64,000 nt of DNA, taken from NCBI RefSeq assembly GCF_009914755.1, contig NC_060947.1; one strand, written 5' to 3'. How positions within the stretch are numbered: the stretch's first letter is position 1; each line of letters opens with the position of its first letter. The DNA comes from the human T2T-CHM13v2.0 reference genome, Homo sapiens. Of the stretch, positions 40,407 to 52,430 are shown in pieces. The translations under genes were made by a program, and so were the position numbers. The notes under the pieces were generated by a model, which saw nothing but the letters and a program-made list of their open reading frames with translations, did not search any database and was not told the origin of the DNA.

Positions 40407-43400
40407 GTGTGTTTTCTGACCTGTAGAAGTGTTCCCTATTCACTGCATGCACGCCAACATCTAATTTTTGATTTTTTGATTGTGGACTTGCATGAACAAG
40501 TTGTTATCACATTGTGGTTTTGATTTGCATTTTCCTGATCATTAGTCATGTTTAGCTTTTTTATGCTTTTTGGACAATTATATATCTTCTTTTAAGAATT
40601 GTCTGCTCATGTCCTTAACACGCTTTTTGATGGGATTGTTTGTTTGTTTCTGGATGATTTGTTTGAATTCCTTGTGGATTCTGGATATCAGTCCTTTGTT
40701 AGATGTATAGATTGTGAAGATTTTCTGCCACTCTGCTCGCTGTTTCTTTTGCCATGCACAACTGTTTAGTTTAATTAAATTCCAGCCATTTATCTTTTTT
40801 TTTGTTGTTGTTGTTGTTTTTCTTTTTTGGGGGGAGGGGGGTTTTGGTCATAAAATCCTTGCCCAAGCCAATGTTTAGAGGGGTTTTTCCAGTGTTATCT
40901 TCTAAACTTTTTACAGTTTCAAGTATTAAATTTAAGTCCTTAATTCATCTTGAGTTGATTTTTATATAACGTGAGAGGTGATGACCCAGTTTCATTCTCC
41001 TACATGTGGCTTGCCAATTATCCCAGCACATTTGTTGAAAAGGGTGTCCTTTCCCCAGATTATGTTTTTGTTTGCTTGTCAAAGTTCAGTTGGCTGTATT
41101 TGGGTTTATTTCTGAGTTCTCTATTCTGTTCCATTGGTCTATGTGCCTGTTTTTATACCAGTACCATGCTGTTTTTTTGACTATAGCCTTATTGTATAGT
41201 TTAAAATCAGGGCATGTAATGCCTCCAGATTTGTTCTTTTTGCTTAGTCTTTCTTTGGCTATGCTATCTCTCTTTTGGTTCCATATGAATTTTAGAAATT
41301 TTTTTGAATTCTGTGAAGAACGATGGTTGTATTTTGATGAGAGTTACATTGAATTTGTAGCTTCCTTTTGGCAGTATGGTCATTTTCACAATATCGAGTA
41401 TACCCATCCATGAGAATGGGATGTTTCTATTTGTTTGTGTCGTCTATGATTTATTTCAGCAGTGTTGTGTAGTTTTCCTTGCAGAGGTATTTTGTCTCCA
41501 TGGTTGTGTATATCCTAAGTATTTAAATTTTTTTTGCAGCTATTGTAAAAAGGGTTGAATTCTTGATTTGAGTCTCAGCCTGGTCGCTGTTGGTGTATAG
41601 AAGAGCTACTGATTTGTCTACCTTTGTTTTATATTGGGAAACTTTGCTGTATTCTTTTATCAGTTCTAGGAGCATTCTGGAGGAATCTTTAGAGTTTTAA
41701 AAGTAAAGAATCATATTTTCAGCAAACATTGACAGTGTTAGTTTCTTTTTACTGGCATGGATGCCCTTTATTTCTTTTGGTTTTCTGATTTTTCTGGCCA
41801 GGAGTTCCAGTGCTATGTTGAAGAGGAGTGGTGAGAGTAGGCATCCTTGTTTTGTTCCAGTTCTCAGAGGGAAGGCTTTCAACTTTTCCCCATTCAGTAT
41901 TATGTTGGCTGTGGGTTTGTCATAGATGGCTATTATTACCTTGAGGTATGTTCCTCGTAAGCCAATTTTGATGAGACTTTTAATCATAAAGGGAAGCTGG
42001 ACTTTGTCAAATCCTTTTTCTGCATCTGTTGAGATGTTCATGTGATTTTTGTTTTTAATTCTGTTTATGTGTTGTATCACATTTATTGACTAGCGTACGT
42101 TAAACCATCCCTGCATCCTTGGTATGAAACCCACTTGATCATGGTTGATTATCTTTTTTATTTGTTGTTGGATTTAGTTAGCTAGTATTTTGTTAAGGAT
42201 TTTAGAATCTATGTTTATCAGGGATATTGGTCTGTAGTTTTCTTTTTTGATTATGTCCTTTCTTGGTTTTGGTATTAGGGAGATGCTAGTTTCATAGAAT
42301 GATATCATGAGGGTTCCCTCTTTCTCTATATTGTGGAATACTGTCAGTAGGATTGGTACCAATTATTCTTTAAATGTCTGGTAGAATTCTACTGTGGATC
42401 TGTCTGGTCCTGGACTTTTTTTGTTGATAATTTTTAAATTGCCATTTCAATCTTGCATCTAGTTAGCGGTCTGTTCAGGGTATCTAATTCTTCCTGATTT
42501 AAGCTAGGAGAGTTGTATCTTTCCAGGTATTTATCTATCTCTTCTAGGTTTTCTATTTATATATGCATAAAGGTGTTCATAGTAGCCTTGAATGATATTT
42601 TGTATTTCTGGGATGTCAGTTGTATTATCTCCCATTTTATATCTTATTGAGCTTATTTGGATTTTCTTTCTTCATTTCTTGGATATCCTTGCTAATGGTC
42701 TATCAATTTTATCTTCTCAAAAAAACCAGCTTTTTGTTTCAATTTTCTTGTATATTGTGTTTTTTGCTTGTTTATTTAATTTTATTTAGTTCTGATCTTA
42801 TCTTGGTTACTTTTTTCTTCTGTTGGGTTTGCATTTGGTTTGTTCTTGTTCTGTAGTTCTTTGAGGTCTGGCCTTAGATTTTCTGTTTGTGCTCTCTCAG
42901 ACTTTTTGATGTAAGCCTGTAGGACTATAAACTTTCTTCTTAGCACCACCTTTGCCATATCCCGGAGGTTTTGATAGGTTGTGTCACTATTGTAGTTAAT
43001 TTAGAAGAATTTTCTAATTTCCATCTTAATTTTATTCTTGACCCAATGCTCACGCAGGAACAGGTTATTTAATTTCCACGTATTTGCATGGTTTTGAAGG
43101 TTCATTTTGGAGTTGATTTCCAGATTTATTTTACTGTGGTCTTAGAGAATGCTTGATATAATTTCAATTTTCTTAAATTTATTGAGGCTCACTTTGTGGC
43201 CTATTATATGGTTTATCTTGGAGAAAGTTCCATGCGTTGTTTAATAGAATATGTATTCTGTGGTTGTTGGATGAAATGTTCTGTATATATTTGTTAATTC
43301 CATTTGTTCTAAGATGTAGTTTAAATCCATTGTTTCTTTGTTGACTTACTCTCTTGATGACCTGTCTAGTGCTGTCAGTGGAGTACTAAAGTCCCCCACT

Positions 43401-44551
43401 CTTACTGTGTTGTTGTCTATCTCATTTCTTACGTCTATTAGTAATTGTTTTATAAATTTGGGATCTCCAGTGTTATTTGCATATATGTTTAGAATTGTGA
43501 TATTTTCCTATTTGATGAGGGCTTTTATCATTTTATAATGTTCCTCTTTGTCTTTTTAACTGCTTTTGCTTTAAAGTTTGTTTCGTATGATATAAGAATA
43601 GCTACTCCTGCTTGCTTTTGGCAGCAGATAGTTGGTTAGTGAATTCTTATCCACTCTGCAATTCTGTACCTTTTAAGTAGAGCATTTAAGCTATTTACAT
43701 TTAATGTTAGTACTGAGATATGAGGTACCATTCTATTCATCAGGCTATTTGTTGCCTCTATACCTTGGTTTTTTGTTTGTTTTGGTTTTTTAAATTGTAT
43801 TTTTGTTTCATAGGTCCTGTTAAATTCATGCTTTAAAAAAGTTATGCTTTGATGTGTTTCCAGGATTTGCTTCAATATTTACAGCTGTTTTTAGCAGTTC
43901 TTGTAGTGCTGGCTTGGTAGTGGCAAATTCTCTCAGCATTTGTTTGTCTGAAAAAGTCTGTATCTGTCCTTCATTTATGAATCTTATTTTCACAGGATAC
44001 AAAATTATTGGCAGATAATTGTTTTGCTTTAGGAGGCTGAAGATAGGGCCTTAATCCTTTTTAGCTAGTAGGGTTTCTGCTGAGAAATATACTGTTAATC
44101 CGATAGCTTTTCCTTTATAGGTTACCTGGTGTTTTTGTCTCACAGCTCTTAAGATTCTTACCTTCTTCTTAACTTTAGATTACCTGATGACAGTGTGTCT
44201 AGTTGATGATCTTTTGGTGATGAATTTCCCAGGTGTTATTTGTGCTTCTTGTATTTGGATGTCTAGGTCTCTAGCAAGGCTGGTGAAGTTTTCCTCAATT
44301 ATTCCTCCAAATAAGCTTTTCAAACTTTTAGATTTCTCTTCTTCCTCAGAAATGCCAATTATTCTTAGATTTAGTCATTTCACATAATCCCAGACTTCTT
44401 AGAGGCTTTGTTCATATTTTCTTATATATTTTTTGTCTTTGTTGGATTGGGTTAATTCAAAGACCTTGTCTTGGAGCTCTGAATTTCTTTTTTCTACTTG
44501 TTTGATTCTATTGCTGAGACTTTCTTGAGCATTTTGCATTTTTATAAGTGC

Positions 44552-44605
44552 AATAACTGATTTTATATAACTGATTTTATAATAACTGATTTTATAATAA
44601 CTGAT
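44552..44605. repeat. Short tandem repeat, ~15-bp unit AATAACTGATTTTAT, ~3.6 copies
   Basis: Direct reading of the sequence. Confidence 0.95.
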
Positions 44606-44734
44606 GATATTTTGACACTAGTATGTGATTTTGGAAACTCCTAGGGAGACTGTCTGATGTAGTTTTCCAAGCTGAACACTATGAGGGACTCAAGGGGATA
44701 AACATCCTCTTTTTTGAGGCCTGTCTTAAGGAGG

Positions 44735-44972
44735 CATCTGTGGTGTAGTGGACAGTGCTGGGCCTCAGAGTCACAGTCTTGGGCTGAAATTCAGCATATC
44801 ACTTGCTGCTGTATATTCACAGAAAAATTATTAAACCTTTGTGAACTTTAGTTTCTTCTTTTGTTAAATAAAGATTGTAAAAAATGCCTACCACCTAGGA
44901 ATATCATGAGTATTAAATAAGACAAAGTATGGAAGTAAAAAAGCACACCAGCAATAATCACTAAATATTAGT
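44735..44972 (+). mobile_element. MIR
   Basis: tRNA-like head gtggtgtagtgg, core gtgaactttagtttcttc, tail taaatattag. Confidence 0.7.
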
Positions 44973-45955
44973 TTTTCATCCACCTTCTCTTTCACTGCAC
45001 TACTCCTTAGAAAGGAGGTCTTAAGGAAGGTAATTTGCTCTCACTAGAAACCACAAGGAAGAAAGGCTTTGTAGAAGATAACCATGTGACTGCACAGCTG
45101 CCCTCAGTGGGGATCCATTTTATCTGGACAGGCAGCAGGTGAACCCCTAACACTCATGTGTACACAATTTCTGAGGACTTAAAAGCCTAACTGCTGGGTA
45201 CATAGAAACTTGCCAATCACACTGTGAGCATAAAATGCAGTAGCATCATACCAGCCCAGAAATATGCAAGTGATTTTAGTCCCTAATGAAAAGGTTATTA
45301 ACAATCACCTAAGAATCTTGTCTGACAGTTTGATGACTTGTTTGCTGCTTTGATCCATCTATTCCCAGAGATCTGGTTCCCCATGTCCTTCTGGGGTATA
45401 CAGTGGGGGCTCACTGCCCTTTGACTGACACAGGCACACACAAATCAACTCCAAAACAGAGAAGTGTTGCCTAAATGCTAACCCTTCCTATGCCTTTATC
45501 ATCATCCATAAATCAGAGGATTCTGTTTCCCCCACTGTACCACCATTCATAATTTTATCAAGTGAGAATGCAAGGCCCAGTTAGGATTTAAAAAATGCCT
45601 TTTCTCAAATAGAGGCATGATAAATACACAAGTTCTGGCCTCTTACCTCCTGGTAATTCCAGTCACTTCTCCCCCATTCTGTAGTGGTTCCCTCAATAAG
45701 CCCTTCTACAGCCTGTGATAGTTATTTCCCAATATATCTTTTCCTATGCACACCCCTAAGCCTTAGTGGTTTCCTCCGTCCTTTCTCCTTTGGTATGAGT
45801 GATACCTCCTAAATCGTCCTCCTCTAAGTTCTGCCTAGATGCTTTCTCTCCCTCTTTTCTCTAGGCTACATAGGGTCTAGAGAGACTAAAAAGAAGAGAA
45901 CGGAAAAGGACTCAAGTTCTGTCTCTTTCTTTTGCTCTGAACTGAGCAATTAAGT

Positions 45956-45960
<5 letters not shown>

Positions 45961-46012
<52 letters not shown>
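45961..46012. repeat. (GT)18(GA)8 microsatellite
   Basis: Direct reading of the sequence. Confidence 0.97.
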
Positions 46013-46112
46013 TTGGTTATGGAATCAGCCCTAGTAATGAACATTTTTAAGAAAGTAAATTAGTAAACCAATAGCAGTCTACTCAGAGATCAGAGATCAG
46101 TAATCATAGAAT

Positions 46113-46790
46113 ATTTTTAAAACAGCTTTATTGAGGAATATTCTAAATATTATAAAATTCATTCATAATTTCATGTATACAAGTCAATGATTTTTATTAA
46201 CTTTATTGAGTGGGGAAGACATCAGCATAACTAAATCTTAGAACATCTTTATCCTTTAAATAAGATCCATCATGCCTATTAACATTTAATTGTTTTTCTC
46301 ATGCCCATTCCAAGGCAACCATTAATCTACATTCTGTCTTGATTAGCATGCTTTTTATGGATATTTTATATAGATGGAATCATACAATATGTGGTCTCTT
46401 GTATCTGACTTATTTTACTTGACATGATTTAAGGTTCATCTACAATGTATTATGTGTGAGAAGTTCAATATTGTTTATTACTGAATAGTATTCTATTATA
46501 TGTATATACCACAACTTTTTATCTGTTCATCAGTTGATGGACATTTGGGTTGTTTCCACTTTTCGGATATTATAAATAATGTTTCTATATTTGTATACAA
46601 GTATTGTGTGTACATATGTTTTTAATTATATTGAGTATATATCTAGGAGTGATATTACTGGATCATACTCAAGTTTAGCTTTTAGAGAAACTGTCAGACT
46701 GTTTTGAAAAGAGGCTATACCATTTTATAATTCTACCAGCAATATATGAGGCTTCTCATTTCTCCACATCCTTGCCAACATGTATTGTTG
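46113..46790 (-). mobile_element. L1MB-type 3' fragment
   Basis: aacagctttattgagg start; atggaatcatacaatatgtggtc and gatggacatttgggttgtttcca motifs. Confidence 0.8.
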
Positions 46791-47382
46791 TAAAGATTAC
46801 AGAATATTAAAGATGGAAGGAAACTTGATTTTCCTATCTCTTAAATTAAATTATAGTAAAGTATAGCATTCAAAATTAAATAGTTTCTCTTTAGGTGGTC
46901 TCTTTAACCTGGTAAGATTATCAACACAAATACAGACCTTGAAATGGCAAGGCAGTACTCTTAACAGGTCTAGCTAGAATATGCTTGTATTTTAAGACAT
47001 TATGATCAAAATGAAAACACACACACACACTGAAATTCCTAAAGATTTTGCAGACCTCAGAAGATGTGCAGTGCACGGTTCCCTTAGGACCATGGAACCC
47101 TGTTTGATAAGTATTAGTTTAGAACACAACAATTTCTAGTAGATCCTTATCTCAGAGGAGAATATAAATGGCATAAACAATTTTAGAAAAAGAAAGAGAG
47201 CTTGAACTATAACCCAGATCTCCTGTGTGACAAGTCAGTGAATCCCATCACTACTGATGCCATGTCCAATGATCAGAAACACATTTTTTTGCTGTGCTCA
47301 CTAAGAAAAGACACATGAGCAAAATGATTCACCAGGTTCTCTGAAAGTAGAGGAATAAACAAGGTTTTTGGATATATTTCTG

Positions 47383-47388
47383 TTTATT
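47383..47388 (-). terminator. EDA2R: Polyadenylation signal AATAAA of EDA2R
   Basis: tttatt on the plus strand, with U-rich sequence downstream on the minus strand (CTTGTTTATTCC). Confidence 0.75.
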
Positions 47389-49337
47389 GGCCAATATGAA
47401 ATGTTTGCAGAGCATCATAAACAAACATAGCCCTGCCAGTATCTACACATGCATATGGCTCAAGAGTTAACAAAATCTCTATAAATAACCCATTTATGAG
47501 AAAAAATAATTAAAATGTACCAATATTCAATGTAAAACACTGAAGACCTAGCTAGTAGGGTGGGGTTGGTAGAGAGGAGTGGGACAGGAGGGATTATGAT
47601 CTCAATGTGACAGGGCTGTATGTTGTAGAGGGGTATGCTGTAGTGCTGAATCCTTTCCTAACCTGGATCTGAGAATCTTGGAGGAAAAAATTATTTTCCC
47701 AGACTCCCTCCTGTCAAAATCCAAGTCAAGGTATATGGAGAGAAAAACAGTAATCCAAAAAAAAAAAAATTCATTCTCAGGAAATACCTCCCCTTCCTTA
47801 CAAACAAAAACTACATTTTTTTTTTTTGCTAGTTCATTTAGAGACAACTTAACTGCTGTTTAGGCTCAATGTATGTTGAAAATGTTTTTATCAAGTGTAC
47901 TTTGTTCTTCCACTGACCAATAACCCCTTTGTAGAAAGACACATAAAAGCACAGTGCTCAAAGAAATATGCCTCAGCATTGAAAAGTAAAACTGTAAAAA
48001 GAACTCTCCTGAAGCAAATACTCAACTATGGTATTTGCCATGGCCAAACAGAAATTATAAAGACGAAAATCCTTCACTTCACCTTTACCCGAAATACTTT
48101 AAAATGCAAAGCCAATTGCCACCTCCAATTGCTGAACCTCAAAAAGTTGGAATTAAGGTGATTCTGGGTATGGCTTGGGCTGTCCACATAGCATTCATGC
48201 CATGAGCAAGCACACTGAAGAAGTCTTACTCTTTCACTTTATCATATTTTTGTTATTATTATTATTATTACTGTGTTACCATCATTATCTTTCCTCTAGA
48301 GCAGCAGTGTCAAATGTGGGCTTGAACCACTGCCAGCCACATGGCAACCTTTGAACACCTGCAGCCTGCTGAAGCCAAATCATCCCCTGTCTGGATATTA
48401 TTTCTTCTACCAGAAGGTCTAAACATGATCAGTGAAAGCCAGTGAGATAAGAATAACCTGTTGCAGAAAAACAAAAACAAAAACAAAAACAAAAAAAAAA
48501 CAGGAAACCTAAAGGCCAAGGCCTAAAACCTTGGTTACCACATATTTGCTAATACCTGTGTGGGGCCAGGCTGCTTGCTTGGTACAGGCTTGTATTTCAA
48601 TTGCTTCTAATCCTCAGTCCAGTACAATGGGACCTTTTTGCTTTTTCCCAAGTCCTTTTAGTAATCTGATCAATTGGTTGCCCCAGGGGCCCTTAATCAG
48701 TGTTTGTAGATGGATGAACCCAAAAGATGTAGTTAATAAAATTCTAAAAGCAAAAATCTTGCTGTAGACAGCACTCCTTTGCCAGAGCTAGAACCTGGTG
48801 ATGAAGTGCACATTCTGCCTAATGTACTTAATAAACCACTTAATAGTTGTGGGACAGGAACTAGCTGTACAAGTTTCAGACAGATTCTTGGAGAATAAAG
48901 AATACAACCTCTAAGGAACTTGTTTTTCTCTGAGCATGAGATGTATAGGTGGGAGCTAAAGGCAAAAAGACAATTGAGAAAGAATCAAAGGGGAACGGTG
49001 GTGAGAAAGCTGGGATTGAATTGACATTTCAATAGAAAGAGGCATACTCAGATGTCCCTACATGGATTGAGGGCTGTCTTTGAGGGACTGCTGTGGGGTA
49101 GTTTGGGGAACTCAGGCCCCAGAAGGAAGATTACTTTGGCTCAGAAATGTTCTGTAAGGTTCCAAAATGGCGAACTTCAGCCCTTCTCCCTGCTGAGGGT
49201 GGTGAGAACCTCAAATACAGGGTGAGGCCCCAGGGATCTAGAGGGAAAGTGTTTGCCCTGCCTCATGCTGCAATGCAGCAGTCTGAGACATGAACTTGGG
49301 AATTATGGCACGAGGCCTCCCCCAAGATAGATATTAA

Positions 49338-49396
49338 TGTGTGTGTGTGTGTTTGTGTGTCTATGTATATGTGTGTGTATGTGTGTGTGTGTGTGT
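49338..49396. repeat. Interrupted (TG)n repeat, read as CA-rich in the EDA2R 3'UTR
   Basis: Direct reading of the sequence. Confidence 0.9.
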
Positions 49397-50664
49397 TGAG
49401 GAGGGAGGCAGTGTGGAGGAGCTAAAAGGGGAGAAGGGTTTGATTTTGTCCCTAAAGTGCTAGGTAGATGTGCCAACACAATTTTGAGAGGCTTACCTGA
49501 CCAAAAATGCAGACATGAAAACCCTACCCCATTCACTGTCCTCTCTCCTCTTCTCTATAATCAAGTTGAGCTAGGAACATGTCTGGTAGTCCCATGAATG
49601 TGGAATCTGGCTCCCCAGACTACAACAGGGAAGCAAGAAATGCTCCAGATCAGTCCTTGTGAAATGGAGAATCAATCCTCTGGTGGGATGGGATAGGATA
49701 TGCCCCATCTGTAGGGTATTAGCTCTTGTGGACATCACATTTCAGGCCCCTGCTGCTGTTGTGGTATAGGAACAGAGTCCAGAGAGAACAACTGGGCAAG
49801 GCTGCCAGGGGCCCAAGAGACCTAAGGAGAGAGCAAACCAAGTTAGAAACATGTGGGGAAATCTCACTAGCACCCTTCTTTCTCTACCCCTCCAAATATC
49901 ATAGGTTAAGCCAATGGTTGAGGATGTAATAGCAGAAAGACATTACCTAGATAGGGATATGACAATTCTACCCTATTCTACATTGTTGAAACCATTTATC
50001 CTGAAGATAGGTTTAGTTCTAAGCTCCACATACTTTAGAAGAACCTAAAGTGGTATTCTCCAGAGAGGTGGTGTTGTCTTCAAGCCTCTGCAGGGCTATC
50101 TTAAAGCAGAGGAAACTGATGAGGTCTGTCTGGCACGAGGAACAGAGCCAGGATGGATAGGCGGGTACTACAGGGAAAGCTCTTTCTTACATTGAGCTCA
50201 AACCCACCAGTCACAATTGTGTATACTGTAATATACATTGAGAAGTAGTCAGCCCTCTGCCACCTAAAGTATGTGAGCAAGGACTACACAAACTCTTAGT
50301 GGGGATATTATAAAATGGACCCAAACCTTGGAAGAAGAACTGGACTAGATAACCTTGAAGGTACCTAAGTTGATTGATTTGACATCAGTTATAACTTTCA
50401 AATTTGATATCAGTTATGACTTTCAAATATACATTTGTTCACGTTTTCTTAGGTTGGATGCAGGGAGCAGGGAAGTCATTGGGAGAACTGAAAATGTATT
50501 AACTGAAGAAATACGGAAGTGGGCACTGCAAGATATTTGGTTAGTTGAAAACTGGGAATCTACCTACTCTCCTACCTCATGCTACATAAGCTTTGAGAAA
50601 GTAACATTGGCTATCAAATGGTTGCAATGGTGGAGTTGAACCAACTCTAAAATGTAGCCCCCAA

Positions 50665-50815
50665 ACCTGGGTTCTTGCACAGTTCTAGCCCACTAATTTG
50701 CCCTGTGACTTTGAGAAACTAACTTTCCCTCTCTGTGTCTCAGTTCCTGCCTCTGTAAAATGTAAAATGAAGTGACATACACACAAGGTTTGTATAGTTA
50801 TTAGGGAATGAAGGT
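50665..50815 (+). mobile_element. MIR
   Basis: ctgtgactttgagaaactaactttccctctctgtgtctcagttcctgcctctgtaaaatg core. Confidence 0.8.
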
Positions 50816-51212
50816 TGATTTGAAATGTAGGGTTTCCAGATGACAAGGCTTGTATATCTTTTTCTACTGTGCTATGCTGCTTGCACACATAAAGGGAGAT
50901 ACCTGAATATGACCATTAGATAGTGGGGCCCTGAGAGAGCTTACGAAAGACCAGAATGGAGAGACTGGTATCATGACAACCTTGCCAGTTCCCTGACAAT
51001 TGTAGACCCAGAAGTGTGATATCTGTCTGGCTTAAAAGTTTAGCATCACCACTGTTGCCCCTCCACCCAAAGTGTTCCTAGCTTGCTGCTGTTCCTCCAC
51101 TCCTAGTGGATAATACTATTCCAAAAGAGAATTCCTTGAGGTTAGTCCTTAATTTCTGTTTTGCTTTTTTTGTTTTTTTTCTGATCCACCTTTCCAGCTC
51201 ACCTCATTAGAG

Positions 51213-51589
51213 TTAAGGGCTGGGAACTTCAAAGGGCACATTGAGCTCCAGCCTGTCTCCAGTGCTTTCGACTGTGTTTCCCCCCAAGGTCTCAGCTCCA
51301 GTATAGGAGGCAGAGCTGGAAAACTTTTGCAGGTCCAGCTCTGTGCATTCGATGGGGCTGTGGACCCAGTGGGAGTGGCTCTCTGAGGTGCAGGAGGCCA
51401 TGGTAAAGGACTCCTGTGTGGGGAAGCCACTAGTCGAGCTGCAGTCGTCCTCGAGGATAGGGTTAAGTGGCTGGGTCTGAAAGATGTTCTCACTCACTTG
51501 GGACTCAGCACTGGTCTCCTTGCTGGGTGGCACGGGGAAGAGAGATTCCTCCTTTGCTGTTTTATCAGCCTCAAACTGCAGCAAACCTC
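51213..51589 (-). CDS. EDA2R: EDA2R last coding exon: cytoplasmic domain (codons 173-297), TAA at 51215-51213; exon extends to the donor at 51203
   Basis: GGLLQFEADKTAKEESLFP...PTQES...PIECTE...VPFEVPSP*. Acceptor ttgcag|GA and donor GAG|gtgagc. TRAF-type motifs PxQxS and PxExxE are present. Confidence 0.97.
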
Positions 51590-51767
51590 CTGCAACTCGA
51601 AGCAGAAAGCCACTGGGTTACCCAAAAGCAGGGGCTCTTCTCAGCTGGGCACTGGGTACTGAGTACAAGACAGGTAAAGGTCTGGGAGCTGATTCTTTCC
51701 TTCCTCTCCCTGGGGTCTAGAGCACCTAGCACCAGGCTGAGGTGACACAGTTGAGAAACATACTTAC

Positions 51768-51824
51768 ATTCAGGTATCAGATTGAGGCTAGCTGGTACTG
51801 GATCAGAGAAAATAATCAATTTCT
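51768..51824 (-). CDS. EDA2R: EDA2R 57-nt cassette exon (long isoform XEDAR-L), EKLIIFSDPVPASLNLIPE
   Basis: Acceptor tttctttttctctag| and consensus donor |gtaagta, phase 1/1. With the +6 nt acceptor it adds 21 aa, matching the recalled 318-aa isoform. Confidence 0.85.
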
Positions 51825-51843
51825 CTAGAGAAAAAGAAACCTT

Positions 51844-52430
51844 TGTGGGAAACAGGATTTTGATACCATCTCCCTTGCCATAATCTTCATGGCCTGGTCT
51901 TATGTCTATGTACATTAAGTTACATGGCAAACTAGACTCTGCAGATGGAATTAAAGTTATGGATTTCAAAATAAGGAGAGAATCCTGGATTACTCTATGG
52001 GTCCAATGTAATCCTGTGTCCCTAAAAGCAGAAGAGGAAGGCAGAGGAGACAGAGAGTATCAGAGAGATGTGGCATGAGAAGAACTCAACTCATCATTGC
52101 TAGTTTTGAAAATAGAAGGGGGCCATGAGCCAAAGAATGTAAGTGGTCCTAGAGGCTAGGAATGACCTTCAGCTTACAGCCAGCAAGGAAATGGGACCTA
52201 AGTCCTTTAACTGCATAGACCTGAATTCTGCCACTTTTGTGCATGATGAAGCAGATTCTCTCCCAGAGACTCCAGAAAGAAACACAGCCCTGCCAATATC
52301 TTAATTTTGGCATTGTGAGACTCTAAGCAGAGACAAAATTGAGCCTACTGAACTTCTGAGCTATGGAAACTGTGATAATAAGCTACTAAATGTGTGGCAA
52401 TTTGTTATGGCCATGATAGAAAAGTAATAC
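51844..52430 (+). mobile_element. MLT1 (MaLR) LTR, MLT1D/E-like
   Basis: ttacatggcaaa...gcagatggaattaaagtt...atcctggatta; 3' end aatttgttatggccatgatagaaaagtaatac. Confidence 0.8.

Larger units (their letters stand above)
36055..44551 (-). mobile_element. L1PB1-like element (3' end to ORF1), host for the insertion at 36542-40421
   Basis: 3'UTR ggtgcacccatcacccgagcagtatacactg. Resumes at 40422 tgtagaagtgttccct. ORF2 fragments 41697..42080 and 42174..42362. Confidence 0.85.
47366..49821 (-). other. EDA2R: EDA2R terminal exon (entirely 3'UTR, ~2.45 kb)
   Basis: Acceptor tttgctctctccttag|GTCTCTTGGG at 49821; AATAAA at 47388-47383. The 3' end is approximate. Confidence 0.8.

Noticed and set aside
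47354-47359. Plus-strand AATAAA beside the EDA2R poly(A) site, suggesting a convergent transcript
   Set aside because: It doubles as the U-rich downstream element on the minus strand, and no plus-strand exons are evident.
49559-49584. p53 site in the 3'UTR exon (GAACATGTCT)
   Set aside because: Only one good half-site; the partner has two mismatches and a 6-nt spacer.
51149-51745. Overlapping alternate-frame and antisense ORFs over the last EDA2R coding exon
   Set aside because: Shadows of a GC-richer coding exon, mostly with non-ATG starts and no recognisable domain.
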